Positions 36,377-44,908 of a stretch of 64,000 nt of DNA are shown here, in pieces. How positions within the stretch are numbered: the first letter of the stretch is position 1; every line of letters begins with the position of its first letter. A model generated the notes under the pieces. That model was not told where the DNA came from. It saw only the letters and a program-made list of their open reading frames with translations, and searched no databases. Source of the stretch: a virus (lineage: Duplodnaviria > Caudoviricetes); the IMG/VR virus record IMGVR_UViG_3300025597_000009, positions 36,587-100,586 of that record. The stretch is one strand, 5' to 3'. The translations under genes and the position numbers were made by a program.

Positions 36377-36634
36377 ATGAAACACCTTACACAATCAACA
36401 TTAATTTGTAATATTAATCCATCAGTTGAAGTAGGGTATTATGAAGTTGATCAGCAACCATTATTGTGGATTAATGACAAAGTTACCAAAACAATCGTCC
36501 AATTGCCTTTAAATTTATCTGACCTATTACAGTTACAATTTATACTGCAAGAATTACTTAGAAGTAAGATAAGTCAGTTACAAGACAAAGAGATAATAGT
36601 TGAAACAAATAGTAAATGGTATGAATATGATTAA
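36377..36634 (+). CDS. Hypothetical protein
   Basis: 85 aa ORF. Confidence 0.5.
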   Translation: MKHLTQSTLICNINPSVEVGYYEVDQQPLLWINDKVTKTIVQLPLNLSDLLQLQFILQELLRSKISQLQDKEIIVETNSKWYEYD

Positions 36635-37016
36635 ACGTTCTTTTTTTCAGGAGCATCTTGAAGTAGCTTTACATGGTATACAAAATATTGATAAAGTAGT
36701 TGAATCCAGATTCAACAGTGCCAAAGACTTCTTTAACAAACTGGAGCCAGATAAAAAGGAAGAATCGGAAAGAAGGCTGGAAATATGTTTGACCTGCCCT
36801 TTTAATTCGGTAAATGCTAAATCTTCCTTAGAATACAAAAACCTTATGGGTAAGTCCTATGAGACGACCAGATCAAACCATGATCTGCATTGTAGTTTCT
36901 GTGGCTGCCCTATTGACAAGAAGGTATTGGCTATGACTGATATGTGTGGTGTGTATTATTTCAATGTGGAAAATCCAGCCAAAGCTCTGCCACTTAAATG
37001 GGAAAGGTATCCCTAA
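36600..37016 (+). CDS. Zn-binding protein
   Basis: RLEICxxC...CxxCGC...K...C...W. Confidence 0.7.
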   Translation: MKQIVNGMNMIKRSFFQEHLEVALHGIQNIDKVVESRFNSAKDFFNKLEPDKKEESERRLEICLTCPFNSVNAKSSLEYKNLMGKSYETTRSNHDLHCSFCGCPIDKKVLAMTDMCGVYYFNVENPAKALPLKWERYP

Positions 37017-37076
37017 TTACCTCTAGTAAAGACTAGTTTTTATAAGACGTATATAGATAATCGTTAGTAATATAGT

Positions 37077-37298
37077 ATGGAATTAACAGAAGAAATGTTG
37101 CAAGCCCTTGGGTTTGAGAAGAAAGACAATGCCTATGTAGATGAATGGGGTGTAATGATCTATGCGGATAAACTGCCAACTACACTACTTGGGTTGAAGC
37201 GAGTCCTGACTGGTACAGCCTATATCCGAGCAGAAGAGAAGTTCAAAGCAGATTTACAAGCCTTCATTACAAGCAGAGGTAAAAAGAAATCAAAATAA
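37077..37298 (+). CDS. Hypothetical protein
   Basis: 73 aa ORF. Confidence 0.6.
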   Translation: MELTEEMLQALGFEKKDNAYVDEWGVMIYADKLPTTLLGLKRVLTGTAYIRAEEKFKADLQAFITSRGKKKSK

Positions 37299-37301
37299 CC
37301 C

Positions 37302-37622
37302 ATGGCAAAGAAAGCAAACTTATATACCCAGGCTGAATTAGAGTTCCTGGAAGATCAAGTAAAAGAAAGTATTCAATTTTTAAAAAATAGACCCTTCTCA
37401 TCTTTACAGGATAGGATGTCTAGAAAACAGACAAGAGGTGGCGGTTATGTGGATACCTGTATTGCCAGTATTGAAGAGCAAGCTAAAGCAAACATATTAA
37501 TGATGGAAAAACTATTGAATATGCTACCTGCTTTGGAAACTATGAGAGAACGTTTAGCTGAAGGCCCATCTGTTAAAGGAAATTATGAATTGCCTGAAAG
37601 TCTGAGGGGATATATGTCCTAA
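37302..37622 (+). CDS. Hypothetical protein, possible terminase small subunit
   Basis: Helical 106 aa directly upstream of TerL (positional inference). Confidence 0.5.
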   Translation: MAKKANLYTQAELEFLEDQVKESIQFLKNRPFSSLQDRMSRKQTRGGGYVDTCIASIEEQAKANILMMEKLLNMLPALETMRERLAEGPSVKGNYELPESLRGYMS

Positions 37623-37624
37623 AG

Positions 37625-40600
37625 ATGTTTAATACCACTAGTAAAGAATTATATAGCAATTTAAAACCAAATGAAATACCTCCCAGAGACCATCCTGACC
37701 GGCCAGCTTTTGTGCAGTGGGAGAAAGACAAATCCCTCAATGGGGTAACCATTAATGGTCAGTTTATTCCAGGTGGTTTTTATTATCACTTTAATCATCA
37801 TGCCATTGCCAGGGATGTCCTGGATCATACAGGCAGGAATCACCGGATCATTGGCAAACCCCTGGTCAGGGATAATGACTGGCTTATCTTTTCAGAGTAT
37901 GATAAAGCAGCCTTAGCCAGAGAGGTATTCTGCATGGGTGGGGCCAGACAGTTAGGTAAAGACTTACTAAACACATCCAAACTTTACACTGAAACAGGTG
38001 AAATAGAAATTGGCAGTGCTCAGGTTGGTCAGCAGATTTATGGAGCTGATGGTAAGTTAACCACTATAACTGGAGTGTATCCACAAGGAATCAAACCAGT
38101 ATATGAAGTAAGCTTAGCAGATGGTAGAAAAGTATATTGTGGCTTAGACCATAACTGGTATGTTTGGAATTATAGGAAGTTTAACGGGTATAAAGAACAT
38201 TCTAAAAAGAATGGTACAAACACATTAGGTGGTTATGAAATAAAAACAACCAGACAGTTATTAGAAGGCTATAGAAAGGAACGTATACACACTACAGGTA
38301 GAAACAATTCTTATGAATCCAGGTATGCAATTCCTGTTTGTCAACCAGTACAGTATCCTGAAAAAGAGTTATTAATTGACCCTTATATTTTTGGATTATG
38401 GCTTGGAGATGGAGATAAAATAAGAGGAGGATTAACTACACTTGATCCAGAAATACAAGAAGCTTGGTGTGATTATGCTATTCAACTTGGCCTTAAATGT
38501 CATGTATATGATGTTGCTAAATCTGACCAGGATTTAAAGCATATTCTTATCTCTAGTTATACAGGTTGTCAGGGATGTAACACATTTCAAGAAAGATTAA
38601 AAGAATTAAATGTCCTGAGTAATAAGCACATTCCAGCCATATATTTAAGAGCTTCAGAGTCTCAAAGACTTGAATTACTTAAAGGGTTAATGGATACAGA
38701 TGGTAGCTGTAGTAAAAATGGCTCTATTGAGTTCAATACAGTTATACCTGAATTAGCTGATAATGTTGAAGTACTTTGTAGAAGCTTGGGAATCTCTGTT
38801 AGACGGACAACTAAACAGGGGAGTTATAAAGACTCAGAAGGCAACAAAGTAATTTGCAAGCTAGTACACAGAATAAGACTATATACAACTAAACAGGTAT
38901 TTAAACTACAAAGAAAGTTAAATAACATAGGTTTAAGTAGTAAAAGAGACTATGAGTTTAGATCAAGTATTGTAGGTATAAACTATGTGTATGATGCTGA
39001 AACTACTTGCATTACAGTTGATAATGAAGATCATTTATTCCTGACAGATGGGTTTACTGTAACGCATAACTCTGAGGCCTTGTGCAGCATGGTGGCCAGG
39101 GAGGTGCAGCTGATTCAAAATACAGAAGCCCTCTTACTGTTCACTTCTCAGCCTGATAAGGAAACGTTTGCCAAGAAGATGGAGATAGCTGTCACCCATT
39201 GTACAGAGTTCTTCAGAATGCCTAGAATTGATAAGGACTGGAGAAAGACCGATATCCGATTTGGCTTTACTCAGAAAGATAATACCTCTTTTGTGTTCAG
39301 TCGACTGTTTATGTATCTGACTCAAGGGGGTAATGAAACAGAAGTTGGTGCCGGTAAAACAGTTACTTTTTTTGCCTATGATGAGATTGCAAAAGCACTT
39401 AGACATGGTTCTAGTATATATTATGAAGATCGTATAGGCAAAATTGAAGAAGTTAAAGTTGGAGACAGGATTTATGGTAAAGATGGAAAATTAACAACTG
39501 TAATAGGTGTATACCCACAGGGCAAAAAACAGTTGTATAGGTTCACATTTAGAGATGGTAGAACTGTAGACTGTTGTGGAGAGCATTTATGGCATGTGTA
39601 TGATGATGGCCAAAAAAAATGGAGAACAGTAAATACAACTTATTTGCTGAAATACTATAAAGGACATCAAAAAGATAAGCGTACTGGTAAGACTCAAACT
39701 AAATGTAGATTTCAAATACCTCATAACGAACCAGTAACTTATCCTGAAAAAGAATTACCAATTGACCCTTACTATCTAGGTGTCTGGCTTGGAGATGGCC
39801 ACTCTCATGCTTGTGGTGCAATTACAGGTATTGACCAGGAAATCAAAGATTTTGTTGCTGATTATGGTAATAAGTTGGGTCTTTTTTATAGTGAACTTGG
39901 AGAAAAAGATTTTAAGATCAGTACAGGATGCTCTGGTAAAGTCTCAGAACTTGCTAAAGTTTTTAAAAAGTATAACCTATTATACAATAAGCATATACCA
40001 TCTGATTACTTATATAGTTCTTTTGATCAACGACTTGCACTCTTACAAGGGTTAATGGATACAGATGGAACTTGTTATAAAACAGGTATTATAGAATTTA
40101 GTAATACTAATGCTTTCCTAATAAAGCAAGTAGAACAATTAGCAAGAAGTTTAGGTATTGCTTTAAAAACAAGTAAACATAAAGGGAGCTATAAAACAAC
40201 TGAAGGTGTAGAAGTTATTTGCAAAGACTCTTATAAAGTTAGAATGTTTACCTCTTTGCCTATTTTTAGACTAGAAAGAAAACTAGCTAACTACAATACT
40301 AATAAAAAAACTAGAGGTAGGGCTTTTGAAACTAAAACAGCTATTGTTGATATACAAGCAATTGGAGAAGATTATGCTACCTGTATTAGAGTAGACAATG
40401 AGAACCATTTATTCTTAACTAATGATTTTTTAGTTACACATAACTCAGATTTTCTAGAAGCTTATGAAGCAGTAGTACCTGCTATCCGTTCTCAGTTTGG
40501 ATTCAGGTGCTCCCCTTTTATGTGTTTCACTGGAGGTAATGTAGATAAATCAGCTGATGCTGAGAAGTTCTGGCTTTCCCCTACTGCTAATAACATCAGA

Positions 40601-41821
40601 CCTTACCAGACTGATAATCGACCAACTGGTTTCTTTATGGGAGGTTGGTACCGGCAGGATTTCAAGAAGCCCATGCGGTTTTCTGATTACCTGGGGCTAA
40701 CGACTCCTTCTGAACTGGATGATCTGGAAATTCTGGTAACTGATTTTGATCTGGCCAATAAAACACTGGATGAGGAATTAGATCAGGCCAGACAAGGGAA
40801 AGACCCCGGTCCTTCTGTGGCCAAGAAAAGAATGTATGATCCCCGCTCTATTGAAGACATGTTTCTTAGGGCTGGAGGCAATCCATTTTCACAATGGAGG
40901 GATGAACTTAAACGGCATCAAACCATGCTGTTGGACACAAAACCAGGCATTGCTGGCAAGCTAGTAAAAGTGAATGGAATTGTAGAGTTCCAGCCAGTAG
41001 CCAAGATACCTATTACCCGGTTTCCAGCAGAAGTGTATGATGATCTGGATGCTCCCATTGTAATTTATGATTTGCCCAGAAAAGAACATAAGAATGCATT
41101 CTATTTACACATAGGAGGCTTTGACCCTTACAATACAGCTAAGACAGATACTTCCAGTTCACTGGGAGCTTTTTATCTGATTAGAAGAATGTATTCAACT
41201 GAGGATGCCTATCAAGATACGATGGTAGCTTCTTATGTAGGTCGACCAGACAGACTACAGACTTACCTGGATAACATCATTATGTTGCTGGAATTTTATG
41301 ATGCTACTATGCTTCATGAGGCCAGTAATGATCTGGTGCTAAATCACTTTGATTTGAAAGGAAAGGCCCATCTAATTGCTGATACACTTTCTCTACAAAG
41401 AGAAATAAATCCTCAGACCAGAAGCAAAGTAGTTAAAGGATTACCTCCTACCCCTAAGAATCAGAATTATTGGATTGGATGCATTCAGGAGTACTTGGGA
41501 GATATAGTAGATTATGAGATCAATCAGTATGGAGAATCAGTTCCAATTTATGGCTATACTAGAATTCTTGATCCTCTGCTTTTAGAGGAATTAATGCAAT
41601 TCAATATAGATGGAAACTTTGATAGGATTGTAGCATTTGGCCATGCTTTAGCCTATAACAAATCATTAGGAAAATACCACATCCCTCAATTGAGAGAGAA
41701 TTATGATCCTAATCAGAAAAAGGAAGAAGTAAAACGGAAAAATCCTTGGAGTATGTTTAATAGCACTACAAATAATTTACAAACTAAAAAATCACCTTTT
41801 GTATTTTCAAAACATGGATAA
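37625..41821 (+). CDS. terL: Terminase large subunit with two inteins (mature ~678 aa)
   Basis: Walker A ARQLGK|S, Walker B FAYDE, FTGG motif, nuclease GGFDPY and NFDRIVA. Confidence 0.93.
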   Translation: MFNTTSKELYSNLKPNEIPPRDHPDRPAFVQWEKDKSLNGVTINGQFIPGGFYYHFNHHAIARDVLDHTGRNHRIIGKPLVRDNDWLIFSEYDKAALAREVFCMGGARQLGKDLLNTSKLYTETGEIEIGSAQVGQQIYGADGKLTTITGVYPQGIKPVYEVSLADGRKVYCGLDHNWYVWNYRKFNGYKEHSKKNGTNTLGGYEIKTTRQLLEGYRKERIHTTGRNNSYESRYAIPVCQPVQYPEKELLIDPYIFGLWLGDGDKIRGGLTTLDPEIQEAWCDYAIQLGLKCHVYDVAKSDQDLKHILISSYTGCQGCNTFQERLKELNVLSNKHIPAIYLRASESQRLELLKGLMDTDGSCSKNGSIEFNTVIPELADNVEVLCRSLGISVRRTTKQGSYKDSEGNKVICKLVHRIRLYTTKQVFKLQRKLNNIGLSSKRDYEFRSSIVGINYVYDAETTCITVDNEDHLFLTDGFTVTHNSEALCSMVAREVQLIQNTEALLLFTSQPDKETFAKKMEIAVTHCTEFFRMPRIDKDWRKTDIRFGFTQKDNTSFVFSRLFMYLTQGGNETEVGAGKTVTFFAYDEIAKALRHGSSIYYEDRIGKIEEVKVGDRIYGKDGKLTTVIGVYPQGKKQLYRFTFRDGRTVDCCGEHLWHVYDDGQKKWRTVNTTYLLKYYKGHQKDKRTGKTQTKCRFQIPHNEPVTYPEKELPIDPYYLGVWLGDGHSHACGAITGIDQEIKDFVADYGNKLGLFYSELGEKDFKISTGCSGKVSELAKVFKKYNLLYNKHIPSDYLYSSFDQRLALLQGLMDTDGTCYKTGIIEFSNTNAFLIKQVEQLARSLGIALKTSKHKGSYKTTEGVEVICKDSYKVRMFTSLPIFRLERKLANYNTNKKTRGRAFETKTAIVDIQAIGEDYATCIRVDNENHLFLTNDFLVTHNSDFLEAYEAVVPAIRSQFGFRCSPFMCFTGGNVDKSADAEKFWLSPTANNIRPYQTDNRPTGFFMGGWYRQDFKKPMRFSDYLGLTTPSELDDLEILVTDFDLANKTLDEELDQARQGKDPGPSVAKKRMYDPRSIEDMFLRAGGNPFSQWRDELKRHQTMLLDTKPGIAGKLVKVNGIVEFQPVAKIPITRFPAEVYDDLDAPIVIYDLPRKEHKNAFYLHIGGFDPYNTAKTDTSSSLGAFYLIRRMYSTEDAYQDTMVASYVGRPDRLQTYLDNIIMLLEFYDATMLHEASNDLVLNHFDLKGKAHLIADTLSLQREINPQTRSKVVKGLPPTPKNQNYWIGCIQEYLGDIVDYEINQYGESVPIYGYTRILDPLLLEELMQFNIDGNFDRIVAFGHALAYNKSLGKYHIPQLRENYDPNQKKEEVKRKNPWSMFNSTTNNLQTKKSPFVFSKHG
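37961..39070 (+). mobile_element. TerL intein 1 (LAGLIDADG, class-3-like, Asp1) in Walker A
   Basis: GK|DLLNTS...DHNW...GLWLGDG...GLMDTDG...TCITV...THN|S. Confidence 0.9.
39395..40444 (+). mobile_element. TerL intein 2 (LAGLIDADG, class-3-like, Ala1) after Walker B
   Basis: DEIAK|ALRHG...EHLW...GVWLGDG...GLMDTDG...TCIRV...THN|S. Confidence 0.9.
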
Positions 41822-42359
41822 AGCCATTATATTTACAGATACAATTAACACGGATAATGTCAAAAAGTGTATTGATACCATTCAAGAATGGCTGATAGCT
41901 TCAAAAGACAATACAGTAACTCTATATTTTGAAAGTACAGGTGGTTATTTACCTAGTGGAGCATTACTCAGTAATTTCCTAGAAGCCCATAAAGAAAGAA
42001 TTAAATTAATTGGTTTTGGAGATTTATTCTCTACTGCTTTTTTAGTATTATATAATTTCTCAGGTAGAAAGAAAGTATTAGCAGATGCTATGGGTATGGT
42101 CCATCATACTGATTCTGATGTTTCTTATCGTAACATTACTAAACACCCAAAAGGAATGGGTAACATTATTATTGGTGATGTTAAGTACATGAACAATGCT
42201 ATGCTGGAAGAGTTTTCTAAATTTCTCTCCCCAGATGAAATTGCCAGATTTACTGAAGGTGAAGAGGTGTATATTAGTTACCCAACTATGGAAAAGCTAA
42301 TTAACCAAGGACAAGTATGGGCCAACAAGAATTGGTTTTGGGAGCAAGTTCTTACCTAA
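41799..42359 (+). CDS. ClpP-like protease
   Basis: LYFESTGG, G...STAF (Ser), MVHH; likely start MDKA. Confidence 0.7.
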   Translation: MYFQNMDKAIIFTDTINTDNVKKCIDTIQEWLIASKDNTVTLYFESTGGYLPSGALLSNFLEAHKERIKLIGFGDLFSTAFLVLYNFSGRKKVLADAMGMVHHTDSDVSYRNITKHPKGMGNIIIGDVKYMNNAMLEEFSKFLSPDEIARFTEGEEVYISYPTMEKLINQGQVWANKNWFWEQVLT

Positions 42360-42826
42360 CCCAATTAAGTACTATGACACAAGAAACAATTGATAAAGCC
42401 ACTGATGATTTTTTTGCTCATCAGGAAAACATTCCTATTTATTTTACTTCTGTTCAGGAATTGGATGAGTTTCTCTTTAGCATGAAGTATTTTAGCCCAC
42501 TAAATGCTGCGCCTATCAAGAAAGAAATCGATAGTATTCAGACAGGGGAAATTGCTAAAGTGTTTGTGCTAAATAGAGAACTCTATGTGATGAATAAATT
42601 AAGCACATTTACTCAATATTACCGGGTAGATGAGGACTCTTTTCATATATGGTTTAAACGCAAGATCACAGATCCAGTTAATAAAAAGGATGTATTTGGT
42701 ATTATTCCTACTATGGGAATGTACATGACACATGAAGAATTTGAAATTTACAAACAAGTGTATGATAGACGATACAAACATTTAGTGTTTACCAATGAAA
42801 ATAACAATAACCCACAAGGAAACTAG
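42317..42826 (+). CDS. Hypothetical protein
   Basis: Likely start MTQETI. Confidence 0.6.
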   Translation: MGQQELVLGASSYLTQLSTMTQETIDKATDDFFAHQENIPIYFTSVQELDEFLFSMKYFSPLNAAPIKKEIDSIQTGEIAKVFVLNRELYVMNKLSTFTQYYRVDEDSFHIWFKRKITDPVNKKDVFGIIPTMGMYMTHEEFEIYKQVYDRRYKHLVFTNENNNNPQGN

Positions 42827-43085
42827 TCTGGTATTGGAAGAGTGCACAGTCATTACTGCTGCAACTGCCAGCCTAATTGATTTATTCTTACAGAAAACTA
42901 TCCCTTCAACACAGGAACCTCTTTTACCTGATTTTGAGTCACCTGTCAAGAAGGATGATACTAATGATAAAAGCATAGAAGATATGCTGAAAAAACTAGA
43001 GCTAGAAAAAGCTTATAAAAAAGCTAATCCTTATCCTCCCAAAGAAGTCTTGACACCTTGGACAGTAACTCCAACAATAAAATAA
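42795..43085 (+). CDS. Hypothetical protein
   Basis: 96 aa ORF. Confidence 0.55.
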   Translation: MKITITHKETSLVLEECTVITAATASLIDLFLQKTIPSTQEPLLPDFESPVKKDDTNDKSIEDMLKKLELEKAYKKANPYPPKEVLTPWTVTPTIK

Positions 43086-43429
43086 AAGATAACTATTTAA
43101 TAATCAAAGAAATGAAAGATACAGAATTTGAACAAGACACACTTAAAAGTAGTGTTAAAACAGAGCTTACAGAGACCCAACTTAGTGACTTGATTAAACA
43201 AAATGGATTTGAAGTATATGTGGATGGCCAGTGGGAACAAGGTTATCTACGGAAAGATTTAGTCAGCTTTGGTAATTTTCTTCTCTCTAAAGCTAGGTAT
43301 GAATCTATTACAGCTATGGTTAAAACAGACCCCAAGTTTACTGCTGAACTTATTCAAGAACATGCCAGCCAGGTATATCATGCTGATGTAGAAAATTGGA
43401 TTACACAAAATGAAAGTATTACTGCCTAA
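43058..43429 (+). CDS. Hypothetical protein
   Basis: DLVSFGNFLLS...VYHADVENW. Confidence 0.65.
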   Translation: MDSNSNNKIKDNYLIIKEMKDTEFEQDTLKSSVKTELTETQLSDLIKQNGFEVYVDGQWEQGYLRKDLVSFGNFLLSKARYESITAMVKTDPKFTAELIQEHASQVYHADVENWITQNESITA

Positions 43430-43772
43430 AGAAATATTTATGGAAACTGTTATAGATCAAGCAAATACAGCTAGTACCCTTACAACTCCTCCTTACCAAG
43501 TTGGTGATCCCATACCATCACCTTATACTACTCCAGGTATTACTATTCCCTATGTGTCTCCTGGTACAACTCCTCCTTGGATTACTCAGCAAGTTACTTA
43601 TCCTCATGTTAGTCCTAGTGATAGCATTGAAGATGAGCTAGATGTGGATGCGTACTTGGGAGAACTACAAGTGTTAGGTGATCTCTATACCAAATTTGGA
43701 GATAGTGCCACTACTAGAAAGTTGATAGTAAACCGGGTAAATAAACTACTGAGAGCCCAAAGTAAAAGCTAA
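43410..43772 (+). CDS. Pro/Thr-rich hypothetical protein
   Basis: 120 aa ORF. Confidence 0.55.
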   Translation: MKVLLPKEIFMETVIDQANTASTLTTPPYQVGDPIPSPYTTPGITIPYVSPGTTPPWITQQVTYPHVSPSDSIEDELDVDAYLGELQVLGDLYTKFGDSATTRKLIVNRVNKLLRAQSKS

Positions 43773-44086
43773 TGAAAGAGCAAGAAGAAATTCCAGAAGT
43801 CCATGTGGATTTAAAGCCTGATAGTAGTCTTATGAAATTTTTCCTCACTGCTTCTAAACGGTCTGGCCTAAGAGTAAAACCTAAGAAAGGTAGATACGCA
43901 TCCACTGTTCCGATAGCCATTGGTAAACCTAAGAAGAAATAGTTATGGAGCAAGAATTGAAAGAACTATTGAAAACAAATCTTAAAGTACAGCTCAAAGT
44001 AACCATGGATTGCCTCTTGTGTGATAACAATGACTCACAACGTATAAAGGCTATCGTTAGCTGGAATGATGAGGTGATTACAGAAA

Positions 44087-44473
44087 GTGAAGAAGAGTTT
44101 ATTTGGATACCTAGTTATTAAAACAGTTATGAAATGCCTTGAAAAACCTAGAGAGTATGAAGTATACAAAGTTCCTAATCTACCAGACTTTTCAATAACA
44201 GATGGTGAAGGCAAAGTGTATACAAGCTTTATTTTTAAAAAAGATTCAGCAAAACAGTTAGTTATTACATTGGAATCTTATAGAGGAGCTGATACTTGGT
44301 ATGTCAATAGAAATCTTATTGCATATTGGCCTACTGAACTAAAAGAAGCTTTAGAAAATAAAGAAATAATAGCAGTAAAGCCCGGTAATTATTTAATACA
44401 TCTGAATGTCTCAGATGTGGCCTCTTTAGCTGAAGAAGAATTTATAGCACATTTTAAGCTAGTTGAAGACTAA
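44087..44473 (+). CDS. Hypothetical protein
   Basis: Likely start MKCLEK. Confidence 0.55.
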   Translation: MKKSLFGYLVIKTVMKCLEKPREYEVYKVPNLPDFSITDGEGKVYTSFIFKKDSAKQLVITLESYRGADTWYVNRNLIAYWPTELKEALENKEIIAVKPGNYLIHLNVSDVASLAEEEFIAHFKLVED

Positions 44474-44481
44474 CAAATTTT

Positions 44482-44790
44482 ATGAAATTCAAAAGAAAAG
44501 AACACAAAGAATATGAGGGCATTCAACTAACTAGTATTAATTATGCTGAGGTAAAAGCCTTTATGAATGTGAAGCCAGATGCCCCTATTGAGCATTATAA
44601 CAATGAGTCTGATTACCTAAACAAAAGAAACCCAGTTGGTGTATTTGTTAAAACACCACAAGGTATGGCATTAGCCAAAGAAGGAGATTATATTCTAGTA
44701 GACAATGGGGATTATTTCTCTTTTGGTAAAACCTTCTTTGAAAACTCATTTGATGAAATCCCAGCTGTAGAAATAAATTCAACTCTTTAG
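44482..44790 (+). CDS. Conserved phage protein (PGDYG-like)
   Basis: MKFKRK...TPQG...EGDYIL...F.NSF. Confidence 0.65.
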   Translation: MKFKRKEHKEYEGIQLTSINYAEVKAFMNVKPDAPIEHYNNESDYLNKRNPVGVFVKTPQGMALAKEGDYILVDNGDYFSFGKTFFENSFDEIPAVEINSTL

Positions 44791-44908
44791 TTCACTTAGG
44801 TTACCATTATTATAGCCCATAATTACAATCACTAATCAATTGTAGTTATGGGTTTACTTTTTTATAAAAATTATCTATAATATTTGCACAACGTTATGAA
44901 AAAATAAT

